Part shown: positions 6,709-14,735 of the stretch, in pieces
How positions within the stretch are numbered: the first letter of the stretch is position 1
Layout of the letters: every line of letters starts with the position of its first letter
From: a virus
Lineage: Duplodnaviria; Caudoviricetes
Virus record (IMG/VR): IMGVR_UViG_3300033067_000856
Location: 1-33,452 of that record
Strand: one strand, 5' to 3'
Length of the DNA stretch: 33,452 nucleotides
Made by a program: the position numbers and the translations under genes
The notes under the pieces: generated by a model
Told to the model about the DNA's origin: nothing
Databases searched by the model: none
What the model saw: only the letters and a program-made list of their open reading frames with translations

Positions 6709-7521
6709 TTAAATCTGACAGAGCATACAAGGCGGAGCATCAAACAAATCATCATGCTCAAGTTTGGTTTTGCGCTTAGTCTGCACCATTAAATCAGCAT
6801 TTTCGATTTTTGACCCGTAAGCCTTGGTGACAAAAACATTTTTTTTGATTTCATGCGCAAGCTGGACAACAGCAATCCGCTGCGACTTGCCAAATACATC
6901 ATGCGCAAAGGCTTTGGCTTTCCAAGCATCCCCCCCCGCAAGACAAGGAAAGCAGCCGACACGGTCAAATCCTTGCGAGTACAGGGGATTCAACTCACTG
7001 CCGACAAACTCCAAAACATCATCTTTTGACCAGTCAATGATAGGCAGGCGAATCATTACGCCCAGCTTTTCAAAGTAAGCAGGGTATTTAGACGGCATAA
7101 AAAGATGTGGCGGCATAACTTCATCACAAATCACGCCTGCGTATCGCTCTGCTCGCTGGTGGCTTTCCGCTGTGCGCATCCCATACCAGACCTCAAAGCC
7201 CGCGCCTTGAGATTCAGCCAAAGCTTTGTAATAACGCTTGGCCGTTTGAATTTTTAGGTGATCAGTGCAAAAACGCGCCGCATCACTTGGAAAGCGTTTG
7301 TATTTGCGCACCAGTGTCGGCACGTCACCGTCATTAACAACGTCAATCCGCACGCCATATATGGCGCGGATCGTGTCAATGTGAGCGTAGGTTAATGGGT
7401 GCTCGAATTTGGTGTCACAAAACAATCCGATAATTTCCGACTTGTTGAATTTCTGCAAGGCAAGTTTAAGGCACGCTTGGGAGTCTTTGCCGCCTGAAAT
7501 CGGAACAACGCATTTAATCAT
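6709..7521 (-). CDS. PAPS-reductase family (PP-loop) protein, probably Fe-S binding
   Basis: SGGKDS PP-loop, RFCTDHLK, GMRTAESHQR, PIIDWS, NPLYSQGFDRVGCFPC, terminal CMLC. Confidence 0.88.
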   Translation of the reverse strand: MIKCVVPISGGKDSQACLKLALQKFNKSEIIGLFCDTKFEHPLTYAHIDTIRAIYGVRIDVVNDGDVPTLVRKYKRFPSDAARFCTDHLKIQTAKRYYKALAESQGAGFEVWYGMRTAESHQRAERYAGVICDEVMPPHLFMPSKYPAYFEKLGVMIRLPIIDWSKDDVLEFVGSELNPLYSQGFDRVGCFPCLAGGDAWKAKAFAHDVFGKSQRIAVVQLAHEIKKNVFVTKAYGSKIENADLMVQTKRKTKLEHDDLFDAPPCMLCQI

Positions 7522-7553
7522 GATGATTCTCGGTCAAGAGTAGTCGAAAGGTA

Positions 7554-7599
7554 TGCGGCAGCGATTGACTAGATCGTTTTCGTGCGCCCACTAGCCGCA
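7554..7599 (-). promoter_or_regulatory. Structured 5' leader (three-way junction) of the PAPS-reductase gene
   Basis: TGCGGC-TA-GTG ggcg CAC-GAAAA-CGAT ctagtca ATCG-CT-GCCGCA, 5 nt downstream of promoter TTGATA-17 bp-CACTAT (7605-7633). Confidence 0.6.
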
Positions 7600-7647
7600 A
7601 ATGTATAGTGTCAGGCCACGCGCAAAATATCAAATCATTTGCCTGAT

Positions 7648-7681
7648 GCGCACCGCCTGCCTATATCAGCAAGACTGATTA
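7648..7681 (+). repeat. 34-bp direct repeat, copy 2
   Basis: GCGCACCGCCTGCCTATATCAGCAAGACTGATTA; includes the stop codon of the antirepressor-like gene. Confidence 0.95.
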
Positions 7682-8389
7682 GCGATCAGCACGAACAAAC
7701 GCCAAGCTTAGATCCACGCCGTAAACATCCGCCCAAGCCTGAGCAGGCCATGACTTCACAATCCCCCAGCGCGGATCAATCACTTCAATCGGCTTCACGC
7801 CCCGATCCTTGCACCACTTTTTGAGCGCCTGCCATTTGTAAGGCTCGCCAGTGATGTTTTGCACAGCAATAATGGTTGCATGGTCTTTACAGCGGCCTAA
7901 TTCAGCCTGTAGCGCGTTTGCCTGCCGTACCGCTTGCGACGCGGTAGCCATTGCAGTGGCTTCGCGTTTGCTGCCGATTTGCGCTTTGGTGGCAATGGCA
8001 TGATCGCGTTCAGCAATGGCTTGTAATCGACCTTGTTCGGCCTGCATTGCTATTTGCAAGATCTCAAGCGTAGTTAGCTGAGCCGGCGGTTTTGGTTGCA
8101 GCATCTTGAGCCGTTCAAGCACGTTCCGGCGCACGCCTTTTGACTCTCGCATAGCAACAAGCGTGCATTGGTCAATGGTTAAATAAAACATGGTGGTGGT
8201 GGTTTTGTTTGGATTTTGAACTACGAAACTTTCGTAGTAGTCGCCCTCAAGCTCATCAGCAACCCGTGCATGAAAGTCATTAGCGCGGATGTTAGATTCG
8301 CCGTGTTGTGAGCGGTAGTCGTTGATCAGGCCGAGCAAGTCAATAGATGACATTGTTTCACTAGGCGCTGCTTTGATTAGATCATTCAT
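7679..8389 (-). CDS. Phage antirepressor-like protein (Rha/KilA-N-like N-terminus)
   Basis: TMSSIDLL...LTIDQCTLVAMRESKGVRRNV N-domain; AIATKAQIGSKREATAMATAS and DPRWGIVKSWPAQAW C-domain seen in phage Ant-like proteins; start set at ATG 8389. Confidence 0.75.
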   Translation of the reverse strand: MNDLIKAAPSETMSSIDLLGLINDYRSQHGESNIRANDFHARVADELEGDYYESFVVQNPNKTTTTMFYLTIDQCTLVAMRESKGVRRNVLERLKMLQPKPPAQLTTLEILQIAMQAEQGRLQAIAERDHAIATKAQIGSKREATAMATASQAVRQANALQAELGRCKDHATIIAVQNITGEPYKWQALKKWCKDRGVKPIEVIDPRWGIVKSWPAQAWADVYGVDLSLAFVRADR

Positions 8390-8401
8390 ATTTTCACCAA
8401 T

Positions 8402-8530
8402 AAAAAAGCCATGCAGTCTTGTGTGTGGTGGAAGACGGGTCGAACTAGCCCGAACACACACAAAGCCGCATGGCGTTTTTCAAGTTCGAAGTGTACATCA
8501 TTGCATGGCTTCCACACCATCCAACAGGAT
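8402..8530 (-). promoter_or_regulatory. Attenuator-like leader of antirepressor gene
   Basis: Extended -10 TG-c-TATATT (8532-8540); 5' hairpin with loop TGTGGAAG; long terminator stem (8408-8474) + T6 ending 12 nt before ATG. Confidence 0.7.
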
Positions 8531-8606
8531 CAATATAGCATGATTCCGACGAGCGTTATCAACAAAACTGATTATCTTTTTTGATATGGTTTGATAAGAT
8601 GGTTGA

Positions 8607-8714
8607 GCCGACACACTCACCGCCTAGACAAAGACCGGCCAGTCTTGTGAGTGCAGACCTTCTCCGTTGGGTCGCGTCGGCAATACCTCAAAACGGAGCA
8701 AAACTTAAACGGAG
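8607..8714 (+). promoter_or_regulatory. Structured leader of the HNH/replication operon
   Basis: Extended -10 TG-a-TAAGAT (8592-8600); stems GCCGAC/GTCGGC, CACTCAC/GTGAGTG, AAGAC/GTCTT, GACC/GGTC; loop CTCCGTT complementary to two AAACGGAG repeats. Confidence 0.65.
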
Positions 8715-8722
8715 TCTGAAAA

Positions 8723-9130
8723 ATGGGAAGACGTGTTCCTATTGATGAAAACCATCCAAACGTTGTCAATCATATTGTGATTTTCGCAACGTCATACCGA
8801 TTCACATCTGCATTTAGGCAATACCTGTGCAACAAATCCAATGGGCATTGTTATTACTGCGGAGATTTTTTTGGTCTGAAAATGACAATTGATCATATCA
8901 CTCCAAGATCTCTGGGTGGCACGCATGACAAATCCAATCTTGTGGCTTCGTGCAAGGCTTGCAACGAATCAAAGAATAATCGACCAAAAGAATGGCTTAG
9001 AGATGCGATCCGCCTAAGACGCTCTGTCTTGGATGGTATTATTAACGTAAATCAACTTCTGCAACTCGAAGCGCTAGGGGTTGATTTGCCAGTAGAAAAG
9101 GAATTTGTATTCTATGGAGAGCAAAAGTGA
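8723..9130 (+). CDS. HNH endonuclease
   Basis: CYYCG...DHITPRSLGGTHDKSNLVASCKACNESK. Confidence 0.92.
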   Translation: MGRRVPIDENHPNVVNHIVIFATSYRFTSAFRQYLCNKSNGHCYYCGDFFGLKMTIDHITPRSLGGTHDKSNLVASCKACNESKNNRPKEWLRDAIRLRRSVLDGIINVNQLLQLEALGVDLPVEKEFVFYGEQK

Positions 9131-9990
9131 GCGAAAAAAACATCATTCGCACGAATAAGCGCGACTCTGACAAACCGTTCGTGATGATCGAGCGTAGCAT
9201 CTTTGAGAATGCAGGCTTGTCGTGGCGTGCAAAGGGTTTGCTAGGCTATCTGCTATCGCGTCCTGATGACTGGTCGGTGTGTGTTGCTGATTTGGTTAAT
9301 CGTAGTACAGATGGTCGTGATGCGTGCTATGCAGCCATCAAAGAATTGGGGGATGCTGGTTACATCATCAAAAGCGCTCGGCCTAAGCAGGCTGGGCGTT
9401 TTGGTGGCTTTGAGTATGTTGTATTTGAGAAGCCTGTAAATGTTCCACAAGATGTTTCACCAGTCGGCAAAACCGTATCCGGAGAAACCGTATACGGCAA
9501 AACCGTATCCGGTAAATCCTACACTACATATAATGATTATACTAATAATGAATCTACTAATAATAAAAATACAAATACAGCCGCTCCTGTCGTCGCTGAC
9601 ACCACGAAAAAGCCAAAGTTTGACGAAGATCAGTTTGAGTTTTTTTGGAGCGTATGGCCTAAGCGCGTAGGAAAAGAAGCAGCTAAGAAGGCATGGGCTA
9701 AGATCAAGATGACCGATGATCTATTGATCACCATCATCAAAGCCGTCAACACTCAAAAAGCCACATGGACAGATTTGCAGTTTGTTAAAAATCCTGCAAC
9801 GTGGCTCAATGGCAAATGCTGGGAAGATGAGATTTTGCCAGCGATCCAAAACCAACCACACCATCACCAACCTGCTCTTTCAAATAACGGCTATGTTGCG
9901 CCGCCGCCGGTTGCGCCCGTACCACTGACACAAAGTGGCAGAGGACAGGCCGCCGACTTTCTCAATCAGCTTAAAGGGACTGCAAAATGA
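9127..9990 (+). CDS. Replication initiator protein
   Basis: LSWRAKGLLGYLLSRPDDW winged-HTH N-domain; FEFFWSVWPKRVGK...PATWLNGKCWEDE C-domain; internal repeats; precedes helicase. Confidence 0.85.
   Translation: MSEKNIIRTNKRDSDKPFVMIERSIFENAGLSWRAKGLLGYLLSRPDDWSVCVADLVNRSTDGRDACYAAIKELGDAGYIIKSARPKQAGRFGGFEYVVFEKPVNVPQDVSPVGKTVSGETVYGKTVSGKSYTTYNDYTNNESTNNKNTNTAAPVVADTTKKPKFDEDQFEFFWSVWPKRVGKEAAKKAWAKIKMTDDLLITIIKAVNTQKATWTDLQFVKNPATWLNGKCWEDEILPAIQNQPHHHQPALSNNGYVAPPPVAPVPLTQSGRGQAADFLNQLKGTAK
9465..9579. repeat. Putative replication origin: four 15-bp tandem iterons plus AT-rich tract
   Basis: CGGCAAAACCGTATC / CGGAGAAACCGTATA / CGGCAAAACCGTATC / CGGTAAATCCTACAC (9465-9524), then about 55 bp AT-rich. 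Confidence 0.7.
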
Positions 9991-11333
9991 AAATCGACGA
10001 TATTGAATTGTACAACCTTGAGATCGAAGCGACGGTTTTAGTCACCCTGATGACCGCGCCCGAAACTTTTGATGAAGTGTCGAGCAAGGTTAGTGATGCT
10101 GATTTTTATTCCTCAGCCCATCGCACCATCTTTGAGTCGATTGCTGATCTAAACAAGCAAGGCAAAGCACCTGATGCAATCTTGGTGGCTGATCACCTGC
10201 TTGGCCGTCATATGTTGAGCCAGTGTGGTGGCGAGAAATATTTGATGGATATGCTGCGCAATGCACGGCCTGCCCCTTTCACCATCGCCAGTTATGCAGA
10301 GAAACTAGCCGAGCTACGCATGCGCCGAGATGGTGAGCAGGCACTGCGCGATGCTATGGCTAAGATCCGTGACAATCGCAACTTTGAAACAAGTGCGATT
10401 CTGAGCGATTGCAGCGCGTTATTGGCGCGTTTAGCTGATAGCGGCACTACCACTGCCGAAAGCGTGACAAACGCATCTGACGCGCTTATAGCGATGTTTG
10501 AGCGTGCTCACCGGCCAGACTCAAAGGGTCACGGCACAGGATTGATTGAGGTTGACAACAAAATCGTATCTTTGAGCGGTGGAAAGTTGGTGGTGATTGC
10601 CGCACGGCCTGCGGTCGGCAAGTCAGTAGCCCTGCTCAATATCGCTGACCATCAAAGCCAAGTGAGCGAAAAGCCATTCCTGATTTTCCAGATGGAGATG
10701 GGCGACGAGGACATGATGGCGCGGATCATGGCGGCACGAGCAAGCGTCAATGTCGGCAAGATTGCTACAGCGTCGTGGGACGATGCAGAGTGGGCGCGGG
10801 TGCAGCATGCAGCTAACGGCTGGCGTGATAATGGGCGCGTGTTGTTTTGCTCAAAATCAGGCTTAGATCCGCACGAATTGACCATGATCGCTAAACAGAT
10901 GCACAAAAAGCATGGCGGGCTATGCGCGGTCGGGGTGGATTATATCCAATTGATGCGCGTCAAAGGTCATAAGGGCAACCGAGAAAATGAGGTGTCCGAG
11001 ATTAGCCGAGCCTTAAAAATATTGGCGATGGATTTGGGCGTGCCGGTATTTGCGCTGTCACAGCTTAATCGCGGTCTTGAAAATCGCCCAAACAAGCGCC
11101 CGACGCTCGCTGATTTGCGCGAGTCTGGAGCGATTGAGCAGGACGCGGATATTGTGTGGGGCTTGTATCGTGATGAAGTCTATAATCCGGATACGCAAGC
11201 CAAAGGGATTGCTGAGTGGATCTTTTTGAAGCAACGACAAGGCAGTATTGGTAGTGTGGCGGTGGGCTTTGAAGGCCAGTACAGCCGGTTTACGAATTTG
11301 ATGGGTAGTTATCAGGGTGCTGATCATGAGTGA
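9987..11333 (+). CDS. dnaB: Replicative DNA helicase
   Basis: AARPAVGKS Walker A, MEM, VDYIQL, LSQLNR, DLRESGAIEQDAD, KQRQG. Confidence 0.96.
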   Translation: MKIDDIELYNLEIEATVLVTLMTAPETFDEVSSKVSDADFYSSAHRTIFESIADLNKQGKAPDAILVADHLLGRHMLSQCGGEKYLMDMLRNARPAPFTIASYAEKLAELRMRRDGEQALRDAMAKIRDNRNFETSAILSDCSALLARLADSGTTTAESVTNASDALIAMFERAHRPDSKGHGTGLIEVDNKIVSLSGGKLVVIAARPAVGKSVALLNIADHQSQVSEKPFLIFQMEMGDEDMMARIMAARASVNVGKIATASWDDAEWARVQHAANGWRDNGRVLFCSKSGLDPHELTMIAKQMHKKHGGLCAVGVDYIQLMRVKGHKGNRENEVSEISRALKILAMDLGVPVFALSQLNRGLENRPNKRPTLADLRESGAIEQDADIVWGLYRDEVYNPDTQAKGIAEWIFLKQRQGSIGSVAVGFEGQYSRFTNLMGSYQGADHE

Positions 11334-11649
11334 CGACAAATTACAGGCCATGCGCGAACGCTTGCCCCACCTGCGCATTACCGCACCAAACGGCCTAGCG
11401 GACGCAAAAACAGAACGCTTGGCCTACGCCCTTGCCAAATATCGCGAAGCCGTCGAAACACATGGCGGATCGTGGCAATCGTGGGATGTGGTGCGCAATA
11501 TGATCTGTCAGGGCTTGGGGTGTGCGCCGAGCATGGCAGATGCGGCAATCAATGAGCTTTGTAAGCGTGGGCTGATGGAGATTCAGCCTTGTGGCGGTGT
11601 TGTCTGCGTTAAAGAGCGGGCGACGAATGGCGGCGCAATCACTCAATAA
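11326..11649 (+). CDS. Hypothetical protein
   Basis: ORF overlapping dnaB stop, same operon. Confidence 0.6.
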   Translation: MSDDKLQAMRERLPHLRITAPNGLADAKTERLAYALAKYREAVETHGGSWQSWDVVRNMICQGLGCAPSMADAAINELCKRGLMEIQPCGGVVCVKERATNGGAITQ

Positions 11650-11653
11650 GTGG

Positions 11654-11682
11654 TTGCGTTGGGTGGTTTAGTAGGCTAGTAT
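11654..11682 (+). promoter_or_regulatory. Sigma70-like promoter of recombination operon
   Basis: TTGCGT-17 bp-TAGTAT. Confidence 0.55.
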
Positions 11683-11740
11683 CACTAAACGCCAAATGCA
11701 ATTTTGGCGTATGACTGATGACTGAATAGTGAGTAATGAC

Positions 11741-12376
11741 ATGAGCGTAGCAACGTTTATTCTAGGCCAGTCTGGTACTGGCAAAAGCACAAGCATTCAA
11801 AACCTTGACCCTTCCAAAGTCTTGCTGATCCAAACTATTCGCAAGCCTTTACCTTTTCGTTCTGCAAATTGGAAGCCTTTGACCAAAGAAGGAGGCACGG
11901 TGTTTGTTACCGACAAGGCTCAAACTATTTGCGACGCAATCAACCGCACGCAGCGCGAAATCATCATCATTGACGATTTTCAGTACATGATGGCGAATGA
12001 ATTTATGCGCCGGACTGCCGAGCGTGGTTTTGACAAGTTTACTGAGATCGGGCGCAATGCTTGGGATGTTATCAACGCAGCAACGCAGGCGGCTGACAAC
12101 AAACGTGTATACATCCTGAGCCACACGGAACAATCCGAATCGGGATCAACCAAGATCAAGACGATTGGCAAAATGCTGGACGAAAAAATCACGCTTGAAG
12201 GCATGGTGACAATCTGCCTACAAACCGCAATCGTCAACGGACAACACATTTTCATGACACAGAACAACGGGCACAACACGGTTAAATCGCCGATTGGCCT
12301 GTTTGCATCGGAACACATTCCAAACGACTTGGCGGCAGTTGATGCAGCCATTGTCGAATACTACGGCCTAGCGTAA
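11741..12376 (+). CDS. AAA-family ATPase (AAA_24/Sak4-like recombination protein)
   Basis: GQSGTGKS Walker A, IIIIDDFQY Walker B, KIKTIGKMLDEK, KSPIGLF. Confidence 0.85.
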   Translation: MSVATFILGQSGTGKSTSIQNLDPSKVLLIQTIRKPLPFRSANWKPLTKEGGTVFVTDKAQTICDAINRTQREIIIIDDFQYMMANEFMRRTAERGFDKFTEIGRNAWDVINAATQAADNKRVYILSHTEQSESGSTKIKTIGKMLDEKITLEGMVTICLQTAIVNGQHIFMTQNNGHNTVKSPIGLFASEHIPNDLAAVDAAIVEYYGLA

Positions 12377-12412
12377 CGCTTGGCCTTTTACCCTAGCAGT
12401 GAGGACTGACCA

Positions 12413-13072
12413 ATGAACGGTTACAGCTTAGATACCAATGCAGCAAAGCAAGCCAATGCCGGTGGGCGTATTGAGCAGAACGGGCGATACATCGTCAAGA
12501 TTGCTCGCGCCGAATTCGTGAAGGCAAAAAGCGGATCTGACGGCATGGAGTTTGAGTGCAAGACCAGCACTGGCGATTCGGTGCAATTTACACTCTGGAC
12601 TCGCAGTGGCTCAACCGGTGAAACGCTCGCAGGCTACGACAAACTGATGGCTTTGATGACATGCGCAGGTGTGCGCACATTGACACCAACGCAAGGTATG
12701 GTCAAAAAATACGATTATGACGCTAAGGGTGTTATCGACAAGTCGGCAATGATTGCGCCAGAAATCACCGGAAAAGTTGTAGGTCTGTTGTTGGAGCGTG
12801 AAAACTACTACAACAGCAACGGCGATGCGCGTCACCAAATGAATTTGTTTGCTGCATTCAATGCTGAAAATAGCATGACTGCCGACGAAATCATTGACAA
12901 GAAAACTACAGGCGCAAATCTTGCCAAACTCGAGCAGCGACTAGCGGCACGCCCTGAGCAGTGGCGCAAAGAATCGGGTGCAGCACGGCCAGCAAGCCAA
13001 GCGCGTCAGCCTGCGCAGTCTGCGCAAAACTCAAGTCATTCCAATGACTTAGACGATGATTTGCCGTTTTGA
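12413..13072 (+). CDS. Putative single-stranded DNA-binding protein (DUF669-like)
   Basis: GRYIVKI...KSGSDGMEF N-terminus, Q/A-rich linker, acidic DDDLPF tail; follows the ATPase. Confidence 0.75.
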   Translation: MNGYSLDTNAAKQANAGGRIEQNGRYIVKIARAEFVKAKSGSDGMEFECKTSTGDSVQFTLWTRSGSTGETLAGYDKLMALMTCAGVRTLTPTQGMVKKYDYDAKGVIDKSAMIAPEITGKVVGLLLERENYYNSNGDARHQMNLFAAFNAENSMTADEIIDKKTTGANLAKLEQRLAARPEQWRKESGAARPASQARQPAQSAQNSSHSNDLDDDLPF

Positions 13073-13461
13073 TGAAGCGCCAACGCTTCATCATCCGCGA
13101 TCCCCAAATCCTGCAAAACTGCATAGCTTTTTTGCAGGAGCATTGGGCAGACCAAGCGCGGAAAGGCCAGCCGCTCGCTGTCGAGATCAAGCGCACAAAC
13201 CGCAGCATTGAGCAAAATGCACGATACTGGGCATTGATCAATCTGATGGCGGAGCAGTTGGTGGTTGGTGGTCGGCGGTACAGTCAGGACGTACTGCATG
13301 AGCATTGCAAACGGATGTTTTTGGGTGTGACGGCATTGCCGAATGGCCTGCCGATGGCTGTCAGTTCGAAAGGGCTGACAGTCGATGAATTTAGCGACTA
13401 CCTGCAAGCGGTTGAGGTGTGGGCGGTTGAAAATGGTGTAAGTTTACCGGATGGGTGGTGA
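13069..13461 (+). CDS. ninB: NinB/Orf-family recombination protein
   Basis: RSIEQNARYWA...SSKGLTVDEFSDYLQAVEVWAVENGV. Confidence 0.85.
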   Translation: MMKRQRFIIRDPQILQNCIAFLQEHWADQARKGQPLAVEIKRTNRSIEQNARYWALINLMAEQLVVGGRRYSQDVLHEHCKRMFLGVTALPNGLPMAVSSKGLTVDEFSDYLQAVEVWAVENGVSLPDGW

Positions 13462-13463
13462 TT

Positions 13464-13928
13464 ATGAGCAAATTTAAGGTTGGGGATCGGGTTTATTGTC
13501 CGATGTATACAGGCCGTGTCTGTAAGCTAGTGAGTAATGGGTCGTATGATCTATATCCGCTTTGTATAAGTGGCATCCAAGACTGTTTTACAGCAACAGG
13601 CAAGCGTCTTGATGGCAACTTAACATCAAATCTTTTCCACGCCACGCCCGAAAACCACGCCCTGCTATCACAACTCTACCCCAACGTAGAGTTTGAAAAG
13701 CCTAAAGCAGTGGGTAGTGATTTGACGCGGCAGATGTTGGCTGATGGTGCGAAAAAGGTGCTGTGTTGGGTGAGCGATACATCTGACGATCATGCTTTTC
13801 AGGTTAAAGATATTAGTGTTGTGATGCACCTGTGCGATTTTTTGTTTTTTGACAAGGATGCAAATAATTGGCGCTACGCCGTCCCCATCCCACGCAATTA
13901 CTACGCGATGGATGATTCCGACGAATAA
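13464..13928 (+). CDS. Hypothetical phage protein
   Basis: MSKFKVGDRV N-terminus and WRYAVP C-terminal motif common in small phage proteins. Confidence 0.7.
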   Translation: MSKFKVGDRVYCPMYTGRVCKLVSNGSYDLYPLCISGIQDCFTATGKRLDGNLTSNLFHATPENHALLSQLYPNVEFEKPKAVGSDLTRQMLADGAKKVLCWVSDTSDDHAFQVKDISVVMHLCDFLFFDKDANNWRYAVPIPRNYYAMDDSDE

Positions 13929-13933
13929 CCAAC

Positions 13934-13957
13934 AAGGCGGCTAATCACCGCCTTTTT
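13934..13957 (+). terminator. Intrinsic terminator
   Basis: AAGGCGG-ctaatca-CCGCCTTTTT. Confidence 0.75.
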
Positions 13958-13993
13958 GCTGTGATATGCTAGTGATACTAGCAAGGGGTGACT

Positions 13994-14173
13994 ATGGCAA
14001 CGTGGCATGACAAGCAGAACAAGCGCGACGTGATGGCGCGAGTGCGGATCAATCCAAACTCACGACCATTGGAAGCGGAGCGTTTGAAAGCGATCAAAGA
14101 GTCTGGTTTTACGGCTTGGGTGATTGAGCATATTCAAGCTGAGATGCAGATAGCGGAGCGGAGAGAGGAATGA
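13994..14173 (+). CDS. Small hypothetical protein, possible DNA-binding
   Basis: 59 aa with AAGGGG RBS; first gene after a palindromic site. Confidence 0.6.
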   Translation: MATWHDKQNKRDVMARVRINPNSRPLEAERLKAIKESGFTAWVIEHIQAEMQIAERREE

Positions 14174-14430
14174 GCAAATCGGCGGACAGAGCGGCCAAGC
14201 GCAAGGCCAGCAAAGAGTCGGCGCGTGATTTTTGTGCGTTGTTGGCGCAGTGGTTGGGCATGGGCATCGCAACGGTGTCGGAATTGTCGCGTGTTAGCGG
14301 CTACTGTCGCACAGCAATCGGGCGTTATGCGCAGGTCAAGATATTGCCGAGTCAAGCGATTGTTGATGATTTGCTGCAAGCAATGGGTGTTATTGAGCGG
14401 CGGTATATTGAGCAGTGGAGAGCAAGATGA
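14170..14430 (+). CDS. Small HTH-like protein
   Basis: TVSELSRVSGYCRTAIGRY resembles an XRE-type HTH; ATGA overlaps. Confidence 0.55.
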   Translation: MSKSADRAAKRKASKESARDFCALLAQWLGMGIATVSELSRVSGYCRTAIGRYAQVKILPSQAIVDDLLQAMGVIERRYIEQWRAR

Positions 14431-14735
14431 GTATTGATATTGCAAGCACAGCCAGCCTACTCACCGACGAGCAGGCCGAAGCGCGGATGGGCGAGCCGAT
14501 TGTGATTGAGCGCACGGCCAGCGAATCGCCATATCCTCACTACTTCAAAGACGTGTCAGGCGTTGATACTATCGACCTGTACCACGTCGCCAAGCTGTAC
14601 GAAATCAACGATCCTGCATTGTTTCACGCATTTAAAAAGATTGCGTGTGCTGGCAAGCGTGGATCAAAAGGCCAAGCGCAGGACGTGCAAGAAGCGATTG
14701 ATGCGCTGAAACGGTGGCAGGAGTTGAACAAATGA
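14427..14735 (+). CDS. Conserved phage protein (DUF3310-like)
   Basis: YPHYFKDV...IDLY...HAFKKIACAGKRGSK..QDVQEAI pattern. Confidence 0.55.
   Translation: MSIDIASTASLLTDEQAEARMGEPIVIERTASESPYPHYFKDVSGVDTIDLYHVAKLYEINDPALFHAFKKIACAGKRGSKGQAQDVQEAIDALKRWQELNK

Noticed and set aside
7554-7599. Three-way junction with GAAA suggested a hammerhead ribozyme
   Set aside because: No CUGANGA core
8390-8461. ORF-track N-terminal extension of the antirepressor-like gene
   Set aside because: Runs through the terminator hairpin; ATG 8389 has a GGTGA RBS-like site and matches the family start
6670-8574. Repeats of CRISPR-like length
   Set aside because: Only two full copies about 1 kb apart, no 30-40 nt spacers, no cas genes
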